DNA of 64,000 bases from Eubacteriales bacterium. GTDB taxonomy: Bacteria > Bacillota > Clostridia > Oscillospirales > CAG-272. The notes beneath the pieces are model-generated. The model did not search any database, was not told the DNA's origin, and worked only from the letters and a program-made list of their open reading frames with translations. Shown piece by piece: positions 9,563-19,654 of this stretch. Position numbers and translations under genes: made by a program. The stretch covers positions 28,168-92,167 of the forward strand of contig JAZQWF010000056.1 of the NCBI GenBank assembly GCA_045632185.1, in the 5' to 3' direction. Every line of letters begins with the position of its first letter. Position 1 is the stretch's first letter.

Positions 9563-11964
9563 ATAATTTTAAGTCTTTTTTGAATGAAAATATCGTCCTT
9601 TTGGACGGTGGTATGGGAACTCTGTTGCAGGCGCGCGGCCTTGCTGCGGGCGAGCTTCCCGAGCGCTGGAACATCTCGCACCCCGAGGTGATTGTGGATA
9701 TCCAGACGCAATATTTCAATGCGGGCAGCAACGTGGTCTGTACCAACACCTTCGGTGCCAATGCACTCAAATTTGCGGACGAGGAGCTGGAAGCGATCAT
9801 TGCCGCCGCGATCCAAAACGCGAAAGCGGCAAGAGAAAAAAGCACCGCACCGCAGCAAAAATTCGTGGCGCTGGATATTGGCCCTTCGGGCAAGCTGTTG
9901 AAGCCGCTTGGAGATCTGGATTTTGAGGCCGCAGTAGAGATCTTTGCCAAGACCGTACGCCTTGGCGTGAAGCACGGCGCAGAGCTTGTTGTGATCGAAA
10001 CGATGAACGACAGCTATGAAACAAAGGCGGCGCTGCTGGCAGCCAAGGAAAGCTGCGATCTGCCCGTGATCGTGACCAACGCCTATGGCGAGGACGGCAA
10101 GCTGATGACGGGGGCTTCTCCCGAAGCGATGGTTGCCTTGCTGGAAGGCATGGGAGCGGACGCCATCGGCGCGAATTGCTCGCTGGGCCCTGCGCAGCTT
10201 GTTGGCGTGGCCGAGGCACTGCTGCGTGCGGCAAGCGTACCCGTAGTCTTAAAGCCCAATGCGGGACTTCCCGTGCTGCGCGATGGGAAAACCGAGTTTG
10301 ACGTTACGCCGTCGCAGTTTGCCGAGATCCTTGCTGATCTTGCGTGCAAGGGATTGCGCGTCATGGGTGGGTGCTGCGGTACAACGCCCGCGCATATTAC
10401 CGCTTTGCGCGAAAAAACGGCAGGACTTGCGCCCGTGCCGCTTACGAAAAAGAACAAAACCGTCATTTCCTCCTATACCCACGTCGTGGACTTTGCCAAC
10501 GAGCCGATCCTGATCGGCGAGCGCATCAATCCCACGGGCAAAAAGCGCTTTAAGCAGGCGCTTATGGAAAAGGATATGGATTATATCCTGAACGAGGGCG
10601 TGAAGCAGGAGGAAAAGGGTGTTCACGTACTGGACGTGAACGTGGGCTTGCCCGATATTGACGAGGTAGAGATGCTGAAAAGCGCCGTTTGCGAGCTGCA
10701 AGCGGTCACGAACCTGCCGCTCCAAATCGACACCGCCGATCCTGCCGCCATGGAGGCCGCACTGCGCCGCTACAACGGCAAGGCGATGGTCAATTCCGTG
10801 AACGGAAAAGAGGAGAGCATGCGCGCGGTATTTCCGCTTGTCAAAAAATACGGCGGTGTTGTGGTGGCGCTGACCTTGGACGAGGGCGGTATTCCCGCAG
10901 ATGCCAAGGGACGCATCGCCATTGCCGAAAGGATCCTTGCCACCGCTGCAGAATACGGCATTGAAGGGAAGGATATCGTATTTGATACGCTGGCTATGAC
11001 TGTCAGCGCGGACAATCAGGCGGCAAAGGCCACGCTCGGCGCGCTTTCTCATATCAAAAAAGTGTTGAGATGCCACACCTCGCTTGGTGTATCCAACGTT
11101 TCCTTCGGTCTGCCGCACCGCGATGCGGTGAACGCGACCTTCTTTGCAATGGCACTGACAAGCGGGCTTTCCGCCGCCATTATGAACCCGTATTCCGCGG
11201 ATATGATGAAGACCTATTTTGCGTACCGTGCGCTGAACGGTCAGGACGAAAACTGCGCGGATTATGTTGCCGCAGCAGCCGAATTTGCCGTGCAAGCGCC
11301 CGTGTTGACGAGCGATGCACCGCAAAAAAGTGCCGAGGAATATGCCTCTGAGCTGCAAAAAGCCGTGATCAAGGGATTTAAGGAGCGTGCGGGGGAATTG
11401 ACCAAGGAATTGCTGAAAACCGCCTTGCCGCTTGATATTGTGAACGGCGAGATCATTCCCGCACTCAATGCGGTGGGGGACGGTTTTGAGAAAAAGACCG
11501 TTTATCTGCCCCAGCTGCTGATTGCCGCCGAGGCCGCCAAGCACGCCTGTGAGCAGATCAAATCCTGCCTGTGCGCCGCAGATGCGCCTGCGGAGAAGAA
11601 AGCCCCCTTCGTGATCGCCACCGTGCATGGTGATATTCACGATATCGGCAAAAATATCGTGAAGCTTTTGCTGGAAAATTACGGCTTTGCCGTGATCGAT
11701 CTGGGAAAGGACGTGCCGCCTGAGGCGGTCGTTGAGGCCGTGATCGCGCATCACGCGCCGATGGTGGGACTTTCCGCGCTGATGACCACGACCGTACCCG
11801 CAATGGAAGAAACGATCAAGCGGCTGCGCGAAAAAGCGCCGTGGTGCCGTATCGTTGTGGGCGGTGCCGTGCTGACAGCAGAGTACGCCGATAAGATCGG
11901 TGCAGATGCCTACGCCAAGGACGCGATGGAAACCGTGCGCTTTGCGCAGAGCATTGCAGAATAA
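9559..11964 (+). CDS. metH: methionine synthase (homocysteine S-methyltransferase + pterin-binding + B12-binding domains; no fused activation domain)
   Basis: 801 aa. It has the Hcy-binding region (LLDGGMGT...GGCCGTTP), a pterin-binding region, and the cobalamin-binding motif with the His ligand (ATVHGDIHDIGKNIV). Confidence 0.93.
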   Translation: MNNFKSFLNENIVLLDGGMGTLLQARGLAAGELPERWNISHPEVIVDIQTQYFNAGSNVVCTNTFGANALKFADEELEAIIAAAIQNAKAAREKSTAPQQKFVALDIGPSGKLLKPLGDLDFEAAVEIFAKTVRLGVKHGAELVVIETMNDSYETKAALLAAKESCDLPVIVTNAYGEDGKLMTGASPEAMVALLEGMGADAIGANCSLGPAQLVGVAEALLRAASVPVVLKPNAGLPVLRDGKTEFDVTPSQFAEILADLACKGLRVMGGCCGTTPAHITALREKTAGLAPVPLTKKNKTVISSYTHVVDFANEPILIGERINPTGKKRFKQALMEKDMDYILNEGVKQEEKGVHVLDVNVGLPDIDEVEMLKSAVCELQAVTNLPLQIDTADPAAMEAALRRYNGKAMVNSVNGKEESMRAVFPLVKKYGGVVVALTLDEGGIPADAKGRIAIAERILATAAEYGIEGKDIVFDTLAMTVSADNQAAKATLGALSHIKKVLRCHTSLGVSNVSFGLPHRDAVNATFFAMALTSGLSAAIMNPYSADMMKTYFAYRALNGQDENCADYVAAAAEFAVQAPVLTSDAPQKSAEEYASELQKAVIKGFKERAGELTKELLKTALPLDIVNGEIIPALNAVGDGFEKKTVYLPQLLIAAEAAKHACEQIKSCLCAADAPAEKKAPFVIATVHGDIHDIGKNIVKLLLENYGFAVIDLGKDVPPEAVVEAVIAHHAPMVGLSALMTTTVPAMEETIKRLREKAPWCRIVVGGAVLTAEYADKIGADAYAKDAMETVRFAQSIAE

Positions 11965-11970
11965 ACAAAA

Positions 11971-12000
11971 ATGGCGGACGCCGTAGCGTCCGCCATTTTT
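11971..12000. terminator. bidirectional terminator between metH and acpP
   Basis: Hairpin ATGGCGGACGC-CGTA-GCGTCCGCCAT, followed by TTTTT and preceded by an A-run. Confidence 0.85.
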
Positions 12001-12008
12001 ATGTTGGA

Positions 12009-12230
12009 TCAAAGTGCTTCCAGGTAATTTACCACGTCACCGACGGTGATAAACTTGTTGGAATCGGCATCGGAGATCTCGATACCGAACTTATCCTCAC
12101 ACATCATAACCAGGTCTGCAAGGTCGATCGAGTTGATACCAAGATCGTTGGCAAGCTCTGCGTCCATAGAGATGCTATCCTCGTCGATTTGAAGCTCTTC
12201 AACCAGCAATTCCTTCAATTTTTCAAACAT
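12009..12230 (-). CDS. acpP: acyl carrier protein
   Basis: 73 aa after trimming to MFEKLKELLVEE.... The phosphopantetheine-attachment motif DLGINSIDLADLV is present. The rest of track ORF 12009..12554 is promoter or antisense DNA. Confidence 0.85.
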   Translation of the reverse strand: MFEKLKELLVEELQIDEDSISMDAELANDLGINSIDLADLVMMCEDKFGIEISDADSNKFITVGDVVNYLEAL

Positions 12231-12331
12231 AATCAATTCCTCCCAATCCCTTTCGGGATAGTTATTGTTAACACTAATTATACCCAAAAAACAAAATTTG
12301 TCAATACTTTTGCAAAAAAACGCACTTTTGT

Positions 12332-12360
12332 TTGACTTTTCTCGCATCTTGTCGTATAAT
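12332..12360 (+). promoter_or_regulatory. sigmaA-type promoter upstream of comEC
   Basis: TTGACT (12332-12337), a 17-nt spacer, then TATAAT (12355-12360). Confidence 0.65.
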
Positions 12361-12390
12361 GATACAAAATGTTTTGGGGAGGGGAAAGAG

Positions 12391-14658
12391 ATGCGATTGT
12401 TTCGTTGCAGACCGTTGGCAACGGGCTGTGTGCTGTTTGTTTGCAGTTTGATCCTGGCGTATTTTTTGCCCCTTTCGTTGATATTCGGCTTCACGCTTGG
12501 CTTTGGTATCGCCGCGCTTTTGCTGCTTGTGTGGATACTGCTTCGCGGCATCACCTACCCTCGGCTCTTTCTTTTTCTTGCGTTGCTGGGGCTTTTCCTT
12601 GGCTCTTTTCGTACGCTGTGCGATCGCAACGGCGTACAAAAGCAATGGGAGGGCCTGCACGGCCAAACGGTAGAGGTTGAATTTACCGTAAAGGAGGTTT
12701 TGTACGCAAACTCCTACGGCGGTGAGCTTTTGGTGGATATTTGCCAAGTGGAGGAGCGTTCCTTTTCCGCTTGCGCTGTGCTGCGTGGGGAAGAAAATCT
12801 TCCGTTTTATACGCAGGACCGCATTCGGGCCGTCGTTGTGGTGCGCGAGCTGGATTTTGAGGCGTATTCCGATATCGCTGCATACTCCTACCGTGCGCAG
12901 GGCGCAAACGCTTTATTGATCTTGGAGGATACAGGAAGCACCGCTTTACTGGAAAGCGGCACCAACAGCATACAGACCCGCCTTTTGGATCTTCGCGCGC
13001 GTTTGTCGCATCGCATTTCCCGCACGGTAGAGGGCGAGCAGGGAAATCTGCTTGCTGCGATGCTACTTGGCAGCAAGGAGTTGCTTTCGGATCAGACTGT
13101 GCGTAATTTCCGCTTGTCCGGCGTTTCGCACCTGCTGGCTCTTTCCGGGCTTCATCTTGTTATTCTGGCAGGGCTGATAGAACGCTTTTTATATTTACTT
13201 GGTGCAGGCAGGAAATTAAGGATTGCCATACTTTTCCCGTTATGCCTTTTCTATCTTATGCTGACGGGCTGCAATTATTCCTTGCTGCGTGCGATGCTGA
13301 TGCTGGGATTTGTTTATCTGTCTGCTGTTTTTCGGGAGGATCAGGATCCCTTGACCTCCTTACTGATCGCGGCCTGCGGGATCCTTTTGTTTGCCCCATA
13401 CGCCATCTTTTCCATATCCTTCCAGATGACGGTACTGGCTACCTTCGGTATTTTGGCATTTATCAGAATACAATCTTTTTTCGGTTCGCTGCTGCCCAAG
13501 GGATCGCGTATGCCAACACGTCTTTTCTGGCGTTTCGTGCGCTTTTCTTGCAGCTCGCTAATGTTGAGCGTTTCCACCACTGTGGCACTATTGCCCGTGC
13601 TGTGGCTGGAAATCGGCTCTTATTCCTTGATGACACCGCTTTCCAATCTGATCCTGGTGCCCTTTGCGCCCCTGATCCTGCTTTGCGCGATCCTGGCACT
13701 TTTGCCACCGTTCTCCTTTATGGGAGGGGCGCTGGGCGCGCCCGCCTCGCTTCTTCTTTGGCTGGCAGAAAAGCTGGCCGACACACAGGCGGTGATATCC
13801 TTAAACGAGCCGTATATTCCGTTTATCGCGATCCCCACCGTGCTGATCAGCATTTTGCTGCTTATCATTGATTTGAAGAGAAAATACCCGCTTGCGATCC
13901 TGCCGGCCGCGCTTTGTATGATCGCGTTTGTCCTGATCTTTACTGTGTTTTCCGGCTTGGATCAAACCCTTGACGTCGTTTATAGGCAAAGCGGGAAGAA
14001 TGAGGGATTGGTGCTGGTACGCGGTTCTCAGGCGATGATCTGCGATATTTCCGGTACGGGCACAACGCAATTGCGTGCCGATTGGCGGGAGGCGCAAAAA
14101 AGGGGAGCGACCGAGCTTTCTGTACTGATGCTTACGCATTATCACAGCAAAAGCGTTGTAGCCCTCTCGCGCTTTTCGCAAAGCGTGATATTGCGCGAGA
14201 TCTGGGTGCCGTTGCCGCAGGACGAGAGCGAGCGGGAAATTTTAGCCGATCTGCTTCATGTGGCGATCAGACGGAAGATACAGGTCACGATTTTTGATGT
14301 GAACACGGATCTTACCGTATTTGATACGGGAATTTTGCGCATTTCCGATCGCCTTTATCGTTCCCGCTCGGCAGAGCCGGCGTTCTCGCTTTCGCTTACT
14401 TATGGTGCTGAGCAGCTGTGCTATCATACGGCGTCGTATGAGGAATATTGCTCGGCCATGGACATCGCGCATAGCTGCAACGCGTCGCATCTGATCCTTG
14501 GCTCGCACGGTCCTTTGCCGAAAAAGGGAACGGAGATCCCGGCGCCAAGTGCGCAAAGCATTGTGGTGGGGGATGCCGCCTATCTTGCATTCTATCATTT
14601 CCCGCAAGACAAGGAGTATACATTACAGCCAATCAGCTGTTTTTATCAGATGAAATAA
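12391..14658 (+). CDS. comEC: DNA internalization-related competence protein ComEC/Rec2
   Basis: 755 aa counted from MRLFRCRP (a GGGGAGGGGAAAGAG ribosome-binding site precedes it). It is polytopic, with the competence-domain block (SGVSHLLALSGLHLVIL) and a C-terminal metallo-beta-lactamase-like region (LMLTHYHSKS). Confidence 0.85.
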   Translation: MRLFRCRPLATGCVLFVCSLILAYFLPLSLIFGFTLGFGIAALLLLVWILLRGITYPRLFLFLALLGLFLGSFRTLCDRNGVQKQWEGLHGQTVEVEFTVKEVLYANSYGGELLVDICQVEERSFSACAVLRGEENLPFYTQDRIRAVVVVRELDFEAYSDIAAYSYRAQGANALLILEDTGSTALLESGTNSIQTRLLDLRARLSHRISRTVEGEQGNLLAAMLLGSKELLSDQTVRNFRLSGVSHLLALSGLHLVILAGLIERFLYLLGAGRKLRIAILFPLCLFYLMLTGCNYSLLRAMLMLGFVYLSAVFREDQDPLTSLLIAACGILLFAPYAIFSISFQMTVLATFGILAFIRIQSFFGSLLPKGSRMPTRLFWRFVRFSCSSLMLSVSTTVALLPVLWLEIGSYSLMTPLSNLILVPFAPLILLCAILALLPPFSFMGGALGAPASLLLWLAEKLADTQAVISLNEPYIPFIAIPTVLISILLLIIDLKRKYPLAILPAALCMIAFVLIFTVFSGLDQTLDVVYRQSGKNEGLVLVRGSQAMICDISGTGTTQLRADWREAQKRGATELSVLMLTHYHSKSVVALSRFSQSVILREIWVPLPQDESEREILADLLHVAIRRKIQVTIFDVNTDLTVFDTGILRISDRLYRSRSAEPAFSLSLTYGAEQLCYHTASYEEYCSAMDIAHSCNASHLILGSHGPLPKKGTEIPAPSAQSIVVGDAAYLAFYHFPQDKEYTLQPISCFYQMK

Positions 14659-14747
14659 CAAAATCCGACACCAAAGAGGATTTTTCGCATAGGATAGTAG
14701 CAGGAGCCCTATTCTGGCTCTGAGTTCCTAAAAGGAGGAATATTCCT

Positions 14748-15581
14748 ATGGCAGAAAACAAGTTTTCCTGCGGCGGTGGCGGCGCTTCGCGCGAGGCGTT
14801 CGGCATGGAGGTCGGCAGGATCCTGGACGCGTGCCGCGATCGGGATTGCTTTGAGGATATCCGTGTATATCTTTCCGCCTACGGCGAGGATCTCATCGCG
14901 CGCACGGGTAACGTGCGCGTAAAGAGCGCACGCATTTGCGGTGCGAATATCGTCACCGAGCCGGTACAGTTCAACAGCGGCTTTTACGCCGTTGACGTCA
15001 AATTCTATATCAGCGCAAGCTTTGAGGTGTGCGTGCCTCTTGGCACCGCACAGGAATTTGAAGGCGTGGCGGTGGTAGAGAAGCGCGTGGTGCTTTACGG
15101 CGGCGAGAGCAACGTTAACGTGTTCCGCAGCGCGGACGGCGGCAGCTATTGCAGCATTCCCGAATTCGTTTGCTGTGCAAAGAAGCACCCCGAGGCCGTG
15201 GTAGAGGTGCTGGATCCCGTGGTGCTTGGCGCACACATTGTGGACAGCGCTGACGAGTGCCATTGTTGCTGCTGCTTGTGCGATATCCCCGAGCAGATCG
15301 TGGGTCGCTTGGGCTGCTCGCTGGTGGACGGCGGCGAGGGGCGTTATCTGGCTGTTTCTCTGGGGCTTTTCTCGGTGGTACGCCTGGTACGCGACGGTCA
15401 GTTTATGGTGCAGGCAAGCGAATATTGTCTGCCCGATAAAGAGTGCATCTCGCAAAGCGAGAACGATCCCTGCTCGACCTTCCGTCAGCTGCCTTTCCCG
15501 GCGGCTGAGTTCTGTGCGGTGGCGGCAAGCGCGCCCGTGCAGACGCAAAACAGCGCAGGGCGCCGTTGCTGCGGCGGTTGA
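14748..15581 (+). CDS. cysteine-rich protein of unknown function (possible spore-surface protein)
   Basis: 277 aa. A strong AAAGGAGG ribosome-binding site lies 8 nt upstream. By my count there are 21 Cys, including a CHCCCCLC run and a C-terminal CCGG. I chose this over the antisense 311-aa ORF because of the ribosome-binding site and its more protein-like composition. Confidence 0.6.
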   Translation: MAENKFSCGGGGASREAFGMEVGRILDACRDRDCFEDIRVYLSAYGEDLIARTGNVRVKSARICGANIVTEPVQFNSGFYAVDVKFYISASFEVCVPLGTAQEFEGVAVVEKRVVLYGGESNVNVFRSADGGSYCSIPEFVCCAKKHPEAVVEVLDPVVLGAHIVDSADECHCCCCLCDIPEQIVGRLGCSLVDGGEGRYLAVSLGLFSVVRLVRDGQFMVQASEYCLPDKECISQSENDPCSTFRQLPFPAAEFCAVAASAPVQTQNSAGRRCCGG

Positions 15582-15637
15582 CCGATTTTTCCCCGGCGGA
15601 GCATACTCCGTCGGGGGATTGTTGTGAAGTATATTAA

Positions 15638-15666
15638 TTGACAAAAATATAGAATTATGCTATACT
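15638..15666 (+). promoter_or_regulatory. sigmaA-type promoter of the aldehyde dehydrogenase / ABC exporter unit
   Basis: TTGACA (15638-15643), a 17-nt spacer, then TATACT (15661-15666). Confidence 0.7.
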
Positions 15667-15694
15667 ATATGAATGATGAAAGCGAGGGAATAGC

Positions 15695-17080
15695 ATGCAA
15701 AGCGCACAGATCGAAGCGCTGCTTTTGGCGCAACGTGATTTTTTTGAAAGCGGAAAAACGCTTCCCGTAAAATTTCGTATGCAGGCACTGAAAAGCTTGC
15801 AAAAGAGCATAAAAGAGCGGGAAAAGGAGATCCTTGCCGCATTGCGCGCGGATCTTGGAAAAAGTGAATACGAGGGATATATGTGCGAGGTCGGCCTGGC
15901 ACTTTCCGAGATCCGCTTCATGTTGAAGCACGCGAAGAAATTCGCCAAGGAAAAGCGCGTACATACACCGATGGCGCAATTCGCCTCGAAAAGCTATCAA
16001 AAGCCCGTTCCCTTTGGCAACGTGCTGATCATGAGCCCGTGGAATTATCCCTTTTTGCTGACGGTGGGACCGCTTGTGGACGCGATCGCGGCGGGAAATA
16101 CCGCCATCGTCAAGCCCAGCGCATACTCGCCCGCCACCTCTGCCGTGATCGCACAGCTGCTGGCGGCGTGCTTTGCGCCTGAATACGTGGCCGTCGTGAC
16201 GGGAGGGCGTGCAGAGAACGCGGCGCTCCTGGCGCAAAAATTTGATATGATCTTCTTCACGGGCAGTCAGGAAGTTGGAAAAGAGGTTTTGCACCGTGCC
16301 GCAGAGCATCTTACCCCCGCTGTATTGGAGCTGGGTGGGAAAAGCCCCTGCATCGTGGACGAGAGCGCCGATATCCCGCTGGCGGCAAGACGCATCGTGT
16401 TCGGTAAATTTCTGAACTGCGGGCAGACCTGCGTGGCGCCCGACTATATCCTTTGCCAAAAGAGCGTAAAGCCAGCGCTGGTGAGCGCGATCTGCGCCGA
16501 GATCAAGCACCAATTCGGGGAAGAGCCGCTGAAAAACGCAGATTACGGCAAGATCATCTCTCCCAAGCACTTTGCCCGCGTTTGCGCGCTGATCGATCCC
16601 GATAAGCTCGTTTGCGGCGGAGAAATGTGCGAGGCGGAATGTCGCATCGCTCCCACAGTGATGGATCAAGTCACCTTTGAGGACGCGGTGATGCAGGAGG
16701 AGATCTTCGGCCCTGTATTACCGGTTCTGACCTTTGATAAGGTTGAGGAAATTCCCGCTATGATGGCGGACAAGCAAAAGCCCCTCGCGCTGTATCTGTT
16801 TTCTACAAATAAAAAAGCGATCAAGCTGATCACCTCCCGCGTGCGCTACGGAGGAGGTTGTATCAATGACGTTGTGATCCATCTTGCCACCGACCGCATG
16901 GGCTTTGGGGGCGTAGGGGAAAGCGGCATGGGTGCATACCACGGTAAGATCGGCTTCGATACCTTCACGCATCTCAAAAGCATCGTGAACAAGCGAAACT
17001 GGATCGATCTGCCGATGCGCTATCAGCCCTATAAAAAAGGCGGACTTTGCGAAAAGCTGCTGCGATTTTTCTTAAAGTAA
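15695..17080 (+). CDS. aldehyde dehydrogenase family protein (class 3-like, NAD(P)+)
   Basis: 461 aa. It has the catalytic-Glu motif ELGGKSPCIV, the catalytic-Cys region FLNCGQTCVAPDY, and the EEIFGPVLP motif. Confidence 0.9.
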   Translation: MQSAQIEALLLAQRDFFESGKTLPVKFRMQALKSLQKSIKEREKEILAALRADLGKSEYEGYMCEVGLALSEIRFMLKHAKKFAKEKRVHTPMAQFASKSYQKPVPFGNVLIMSPWNYPFLLTVGPLVDAIAAGNTAIVKPSAYSPATSAVIAQLLAACFAPEYVAVVTGGRAENAALLAQKFDMIFFTGSQEVGKEVLHRAAEHLTPAVLELGGKSPCIVDESADIPLAARRIVFGKFLNCGQTCVAPDYILCQKSVKPALVSAICAEIKHQFGEEPLKNADYGKIISPKHFARVCALIDPDKLVCGGEMCEAECRIAPTVMDQVTFEDAVMQEEIFGPVLPVLTFDKVEEIPAMMADKQKPLALYLFSTNKKAIKLITSRVRYGGGCINDVVIHLATDRMGFGGVGESGMGAYHGKIGFDTFTHLKSIVNKRNWIDLPMRYQPYKKGGLCEKLLRFFLK

Positions 17081-17092
17081 GGACAAAAAAGA

Positions 17093-18826
17093 ATGTTGAA
17101 ACGATTTTTAAGCTACTATAAGCCCCACAAAAAGCTGCTCGTGCTGGATATGCTGGCCGCACTGCTTATTTCGCTGACGGGTATGGTCTATCCCATCATC
17201 ACGCGAACCATGCTCAACGATTTCATTCCCAACAAGCTCTATACCTCCATCATCGTGGCGGGCTGTGTGGTGCTTGGACTTTACGTGCTACGCATGTTTT
17301 TGCGCTATTTCGTACAGTATTACGGCCACGTGATCGGTGTGCGTATGCAATCCCAGATGCGCCGCGATCTGTTTGGGCATCTGGAAAAATTGCCCTTCCG
17401 TTTTTACGATAACAACGAAACCGGACGCATTATGACACGCATCACCAGCGACCTTTTTGAGGTCTGTGAGCTGGCGCATCACGGCCCCGAGAACCTGCTG
17501 ATCAGCTCGGTAATGCTGGTGCTTTCCTTCGCGTATCTTTTGACCATTGATTGGGTTTTGACCCTGATCGTGTTTGCCTGTGTGCCGTTTTTGATCCTGG
17601 TTTCCTGGCATTATCGCAAGGCGATGAAAAGCGCCTTTAAGGAGCGCCGCAAGAGCAACGCGACCATCAATGCCGCTGTGGAGAGCAGTATTACGGGTAT
17701 CCGCGTGACGAAGGCGTACACCAACGCCGATCGCGAGATGGACAAGTTCGTCAAGGGGGATATCGAGTTTGTCAACTCCTCGCACGATGCCTATGATGCG
17801 ATGGCCAAATTCCATGCGTCAACCTCCTTTATTACCGACGTTTTTAACGTGATCATTTTGATCGCGGGCGGTCTGTTTTTGTATGCGGGACGCATCAATT
17901 TTGCGGATTATTCCACCTTTATCGTGTCCGTCAACCTCTTTATCAGCCCCGTGACCACGCTGATCGGCTTTATGGAGCAATTCCAGAACGGTGCCAGCGG
18001 CTTCAAGCGATTTGTGGAGATCATGGAGGAGGAGCCTGAGCAGGAAGCTCCCGACGCCAAGGAGCTTTCGGACGTGCAGGGCGTGCTGGATTTCAAGAAC
18101 GTTTCCTTCTATTACGATGACACCAAAGAGGTATTGCGCAACGTGGATCTGCACGTGGAAAAGGGCTGCAAGCTGGCGCTGGTCGGCCCCTCCGGCGGCG
18201 GAAAGACCACGCTTTGCCACCTGTTGCCGAACTTCTACCGCTTGGAGGAGGGAAATGGCAGCATCTGCATTGACGGGCAGGATATCCGCGACCTGAAACT
18301 GGATAGCATCCGCCGCAATATCGGCATCGTGCAGCAGGACGTGTTCCTGTTTGTCGGTACGATCCGCGATAACATTCTTTACGGCCGTCCCGATGCCAGC
18401 GAAGAGGAGATGATGGAGGCCGCCAAGCGCGCCAATATTCACGATTATATCATGACGTTGGAAAAGGGATACGATACCGAGATCGGTGAGCGCGGCGTCA
18501 AGCTTTCGGGCGGTCAGAAGCAGCGTCTTTCCATCGCACGCGTCTTTTTGAAGGATCCTGCGATCCTGATCCTGGACGAGGCAACGAGCGCGCTGGATAA
18601 CACCACCGAGGTGCTGATCCAGCAGTCCCTGGACGAGCTTTGCCGCGGCCGCACCACCTTGGTGGTGGCGCATCGCCTTTCTACCATTCGCAACGCGGAT
18701 GAGATCGCCGTTGTGATGAACGGACAGATCACCGAGCGCGGCACGCACGAGCAGCTGATGGAAAAGGGCGGCACCTACAAGGATCTTTACGCGCTGCAAT
18801 TCCGCGATAACGACACCTTTGAATAA
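17093..18826 (+). CDS. ABC transporter, fused permease/ATP-binding protein (type I exporter)
   Basis: 577 aa. A six-TM N-terminal half is followed by Walker A (GPSGGGKTT), the ABC signature (LSGGQKQRLSIAR) and Walker B (ILILDEATSALD). Confidence 0.9.
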   Translation: MLKRFLSYYKPHKKLLVLDMLAALLISLTGMVYPIITRTMLNDFIPNKLYTSIIVAGCVVLGLYVLRMFLRYFVQYYGHVIGVRMQSQMRRDLFGHLEKLPFRFYDNNETGRIMTRITSDLFEVCELAHHGPENLLISSVMLVLSFAYLLTIDWVLTLIVFACVPFLILVSWHYRKAMKSAFKERRKSNATINAAVESSITGIRVTKAYTNADREMDKFVKGDIEFVNSSHDAYDAMAKFHASTSFITDVFNVIILIAGGLFLYAGRINFADYSTFIVSVNLFISPVTTLIGFMEQFQNGASGFKRFVEIMEEEPEQEAPDAKELSDVQGVLDFKNVSFYYDDTKEVLRNVDLHVEKGCKLALVGPSGGGKTTLCHLLPNFYRLEEGNGSICIDGQDIRDLKLDSIRRNIGIVQQDVFLFVGTIRDNILYGRPDASEEEMMEAAKRANIHDYIMTLEKGYDTEIGERGVKLSGGQKQRLSIARVFLKDPAILILDEATSALDNTTEVLIQQSLDELCRGRTTLVVAHRLSTIRNADEIAVVMNGQITERGTHEQLMEKGGTYKDLYALQFRDNDTFE

Positions 18827-18831
18827 AAATA

Positions 18832-18860
18832 ACAGGGCGAGACTCATCTCGCCCTGTTTT
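18832..18860 (+). terminator. rho-independent terminator after the ABC exporter
   Basis: Hairpin ACAGGGCGAGA-CTCA-TCTCGCCCTGT followed by TTTT. Confidence 0.85.
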
Positions 18861-19051
18861 AATTATAAACTCTTGCAAATTCTACCTAGATGTGTTATAC
18901 TTACGATACCAACTGCAAGCTCAGCCGCATGCTGGAAAAGACCACGAACGGCGTCGTAGTAGCACTTGTTTTTTTGGCGACAGGTGTATATGTTGCCCCT
19001 GCAAGATAATTAATATTGGGAAACGCAGTTATTGAATTTTGGGAGATCATT

Positions 19052-19654
19052 ATGAAAAAAAGCAAATTTCTTTTTGTGATAGTTGTTTTGGTTGGATTAT
19101 CTGTGATTTTGAGCGTTTTTTTGATGACCAATTATTCCAGATACAAACTTTCGCCGGAGTTTTTAAAAATGTGGGTGGATTTATCTCCTGAAGAATTTAT
19201 TACTAACAAGGCCGATGTTTATCCTTTCACTTATGCTAAAATTGATGAAGAGGGAAACTTGATCTTGTGGCTCTCAAAAGATAATATTGCAGCGTGGAAA
19301 AATAATAGTTCGTCGATGCAAGTTCTTCAAAGAGTTTTGGGGGAAGACAGGGATATCGGTGTGCAAATCATTGAACCAGAAGATACCATTATGAAGGAGC
19401 TATATGAAAACGCTCATTTATGCGGATTAGAGGTGTCCGAGGATTACACTAAAATTTATGAATCGCCTGATGATAACCCACGCTATTTTGGTGCAACTAT
19501 TTCGGGATGTATACTGATGCAACTCCTGGAGGGAAAAGATTGCGATCAAATAAGTGTAGAATATACCATATTAAACGAAAAAGGGGAAATTACGAGATAC
19601 ATCATATGGCCAGATGACGTGAACGAAAATGGTGAACTTTTTTATTTATCCTGA
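19052..19654 (+). CDS. hypothetical N-terminally anchored protein, no recognisable domain
   Basis: 200 aa counted from MKKSKFLFVIVVLVG (GGGAG ribosome-binding site). It has a single N-terminal TM/signal anchor. Its codon usage is markedly AT-rich compared with the flanking genes. Confidence 0.5.
   Translation: MKKSKFLFVIVVLVGLSVILSVFLMTNYSRYKLSPEFLKMWVDLSPEEFITNKADVYPFTYAKIDEEGNLILWLSKDNIAAWKNNSSSMQVLQRVLGEDRDIGVQIIEPEDTIMKELYENAHLCGLEVSEDYTKIYESPDDNPRYFGATISGCILMQLLEGKDCDQISVEYTILNEKGEITRYIIWPDDVNENGELFYLS

Noticed and set aside
10249-12012. A 587-aa ORF antisense to metH.
   Set aside because: It is the mirror image of a gene with unambiguous MetH motifs. Its product is R/H/G-rich with no motifs. 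Long antisense ORFs are expected in GC-rich coding DNA.
12319-12338. A 13-nt identity (TTTTGTTTGACTT, 12326-12338) between the comEC promoter region and the element's left end (25514-25526). The local context CAAAAAAA-CGCAC-TTTTGTTTG has a pseudo-att-like shape.
   Set aside because: The sequence is short, AT-rich and low-complexity, and it includes a -35 TTGACT box. I cannot distinguish it from chance without genome-wide statistics.
14709-15644. A 311-aa minus-strand ORF overlapping the Cys-rich gene.
   Set aside because: It has no ribosome-binding site and an Ala/Arg/His-rich shadow-like composition. The + strand ORF has a perfect AAAGGAGG ribosome-binding site. Some uncertainty remains, and I flagged it in the corresponding finding.
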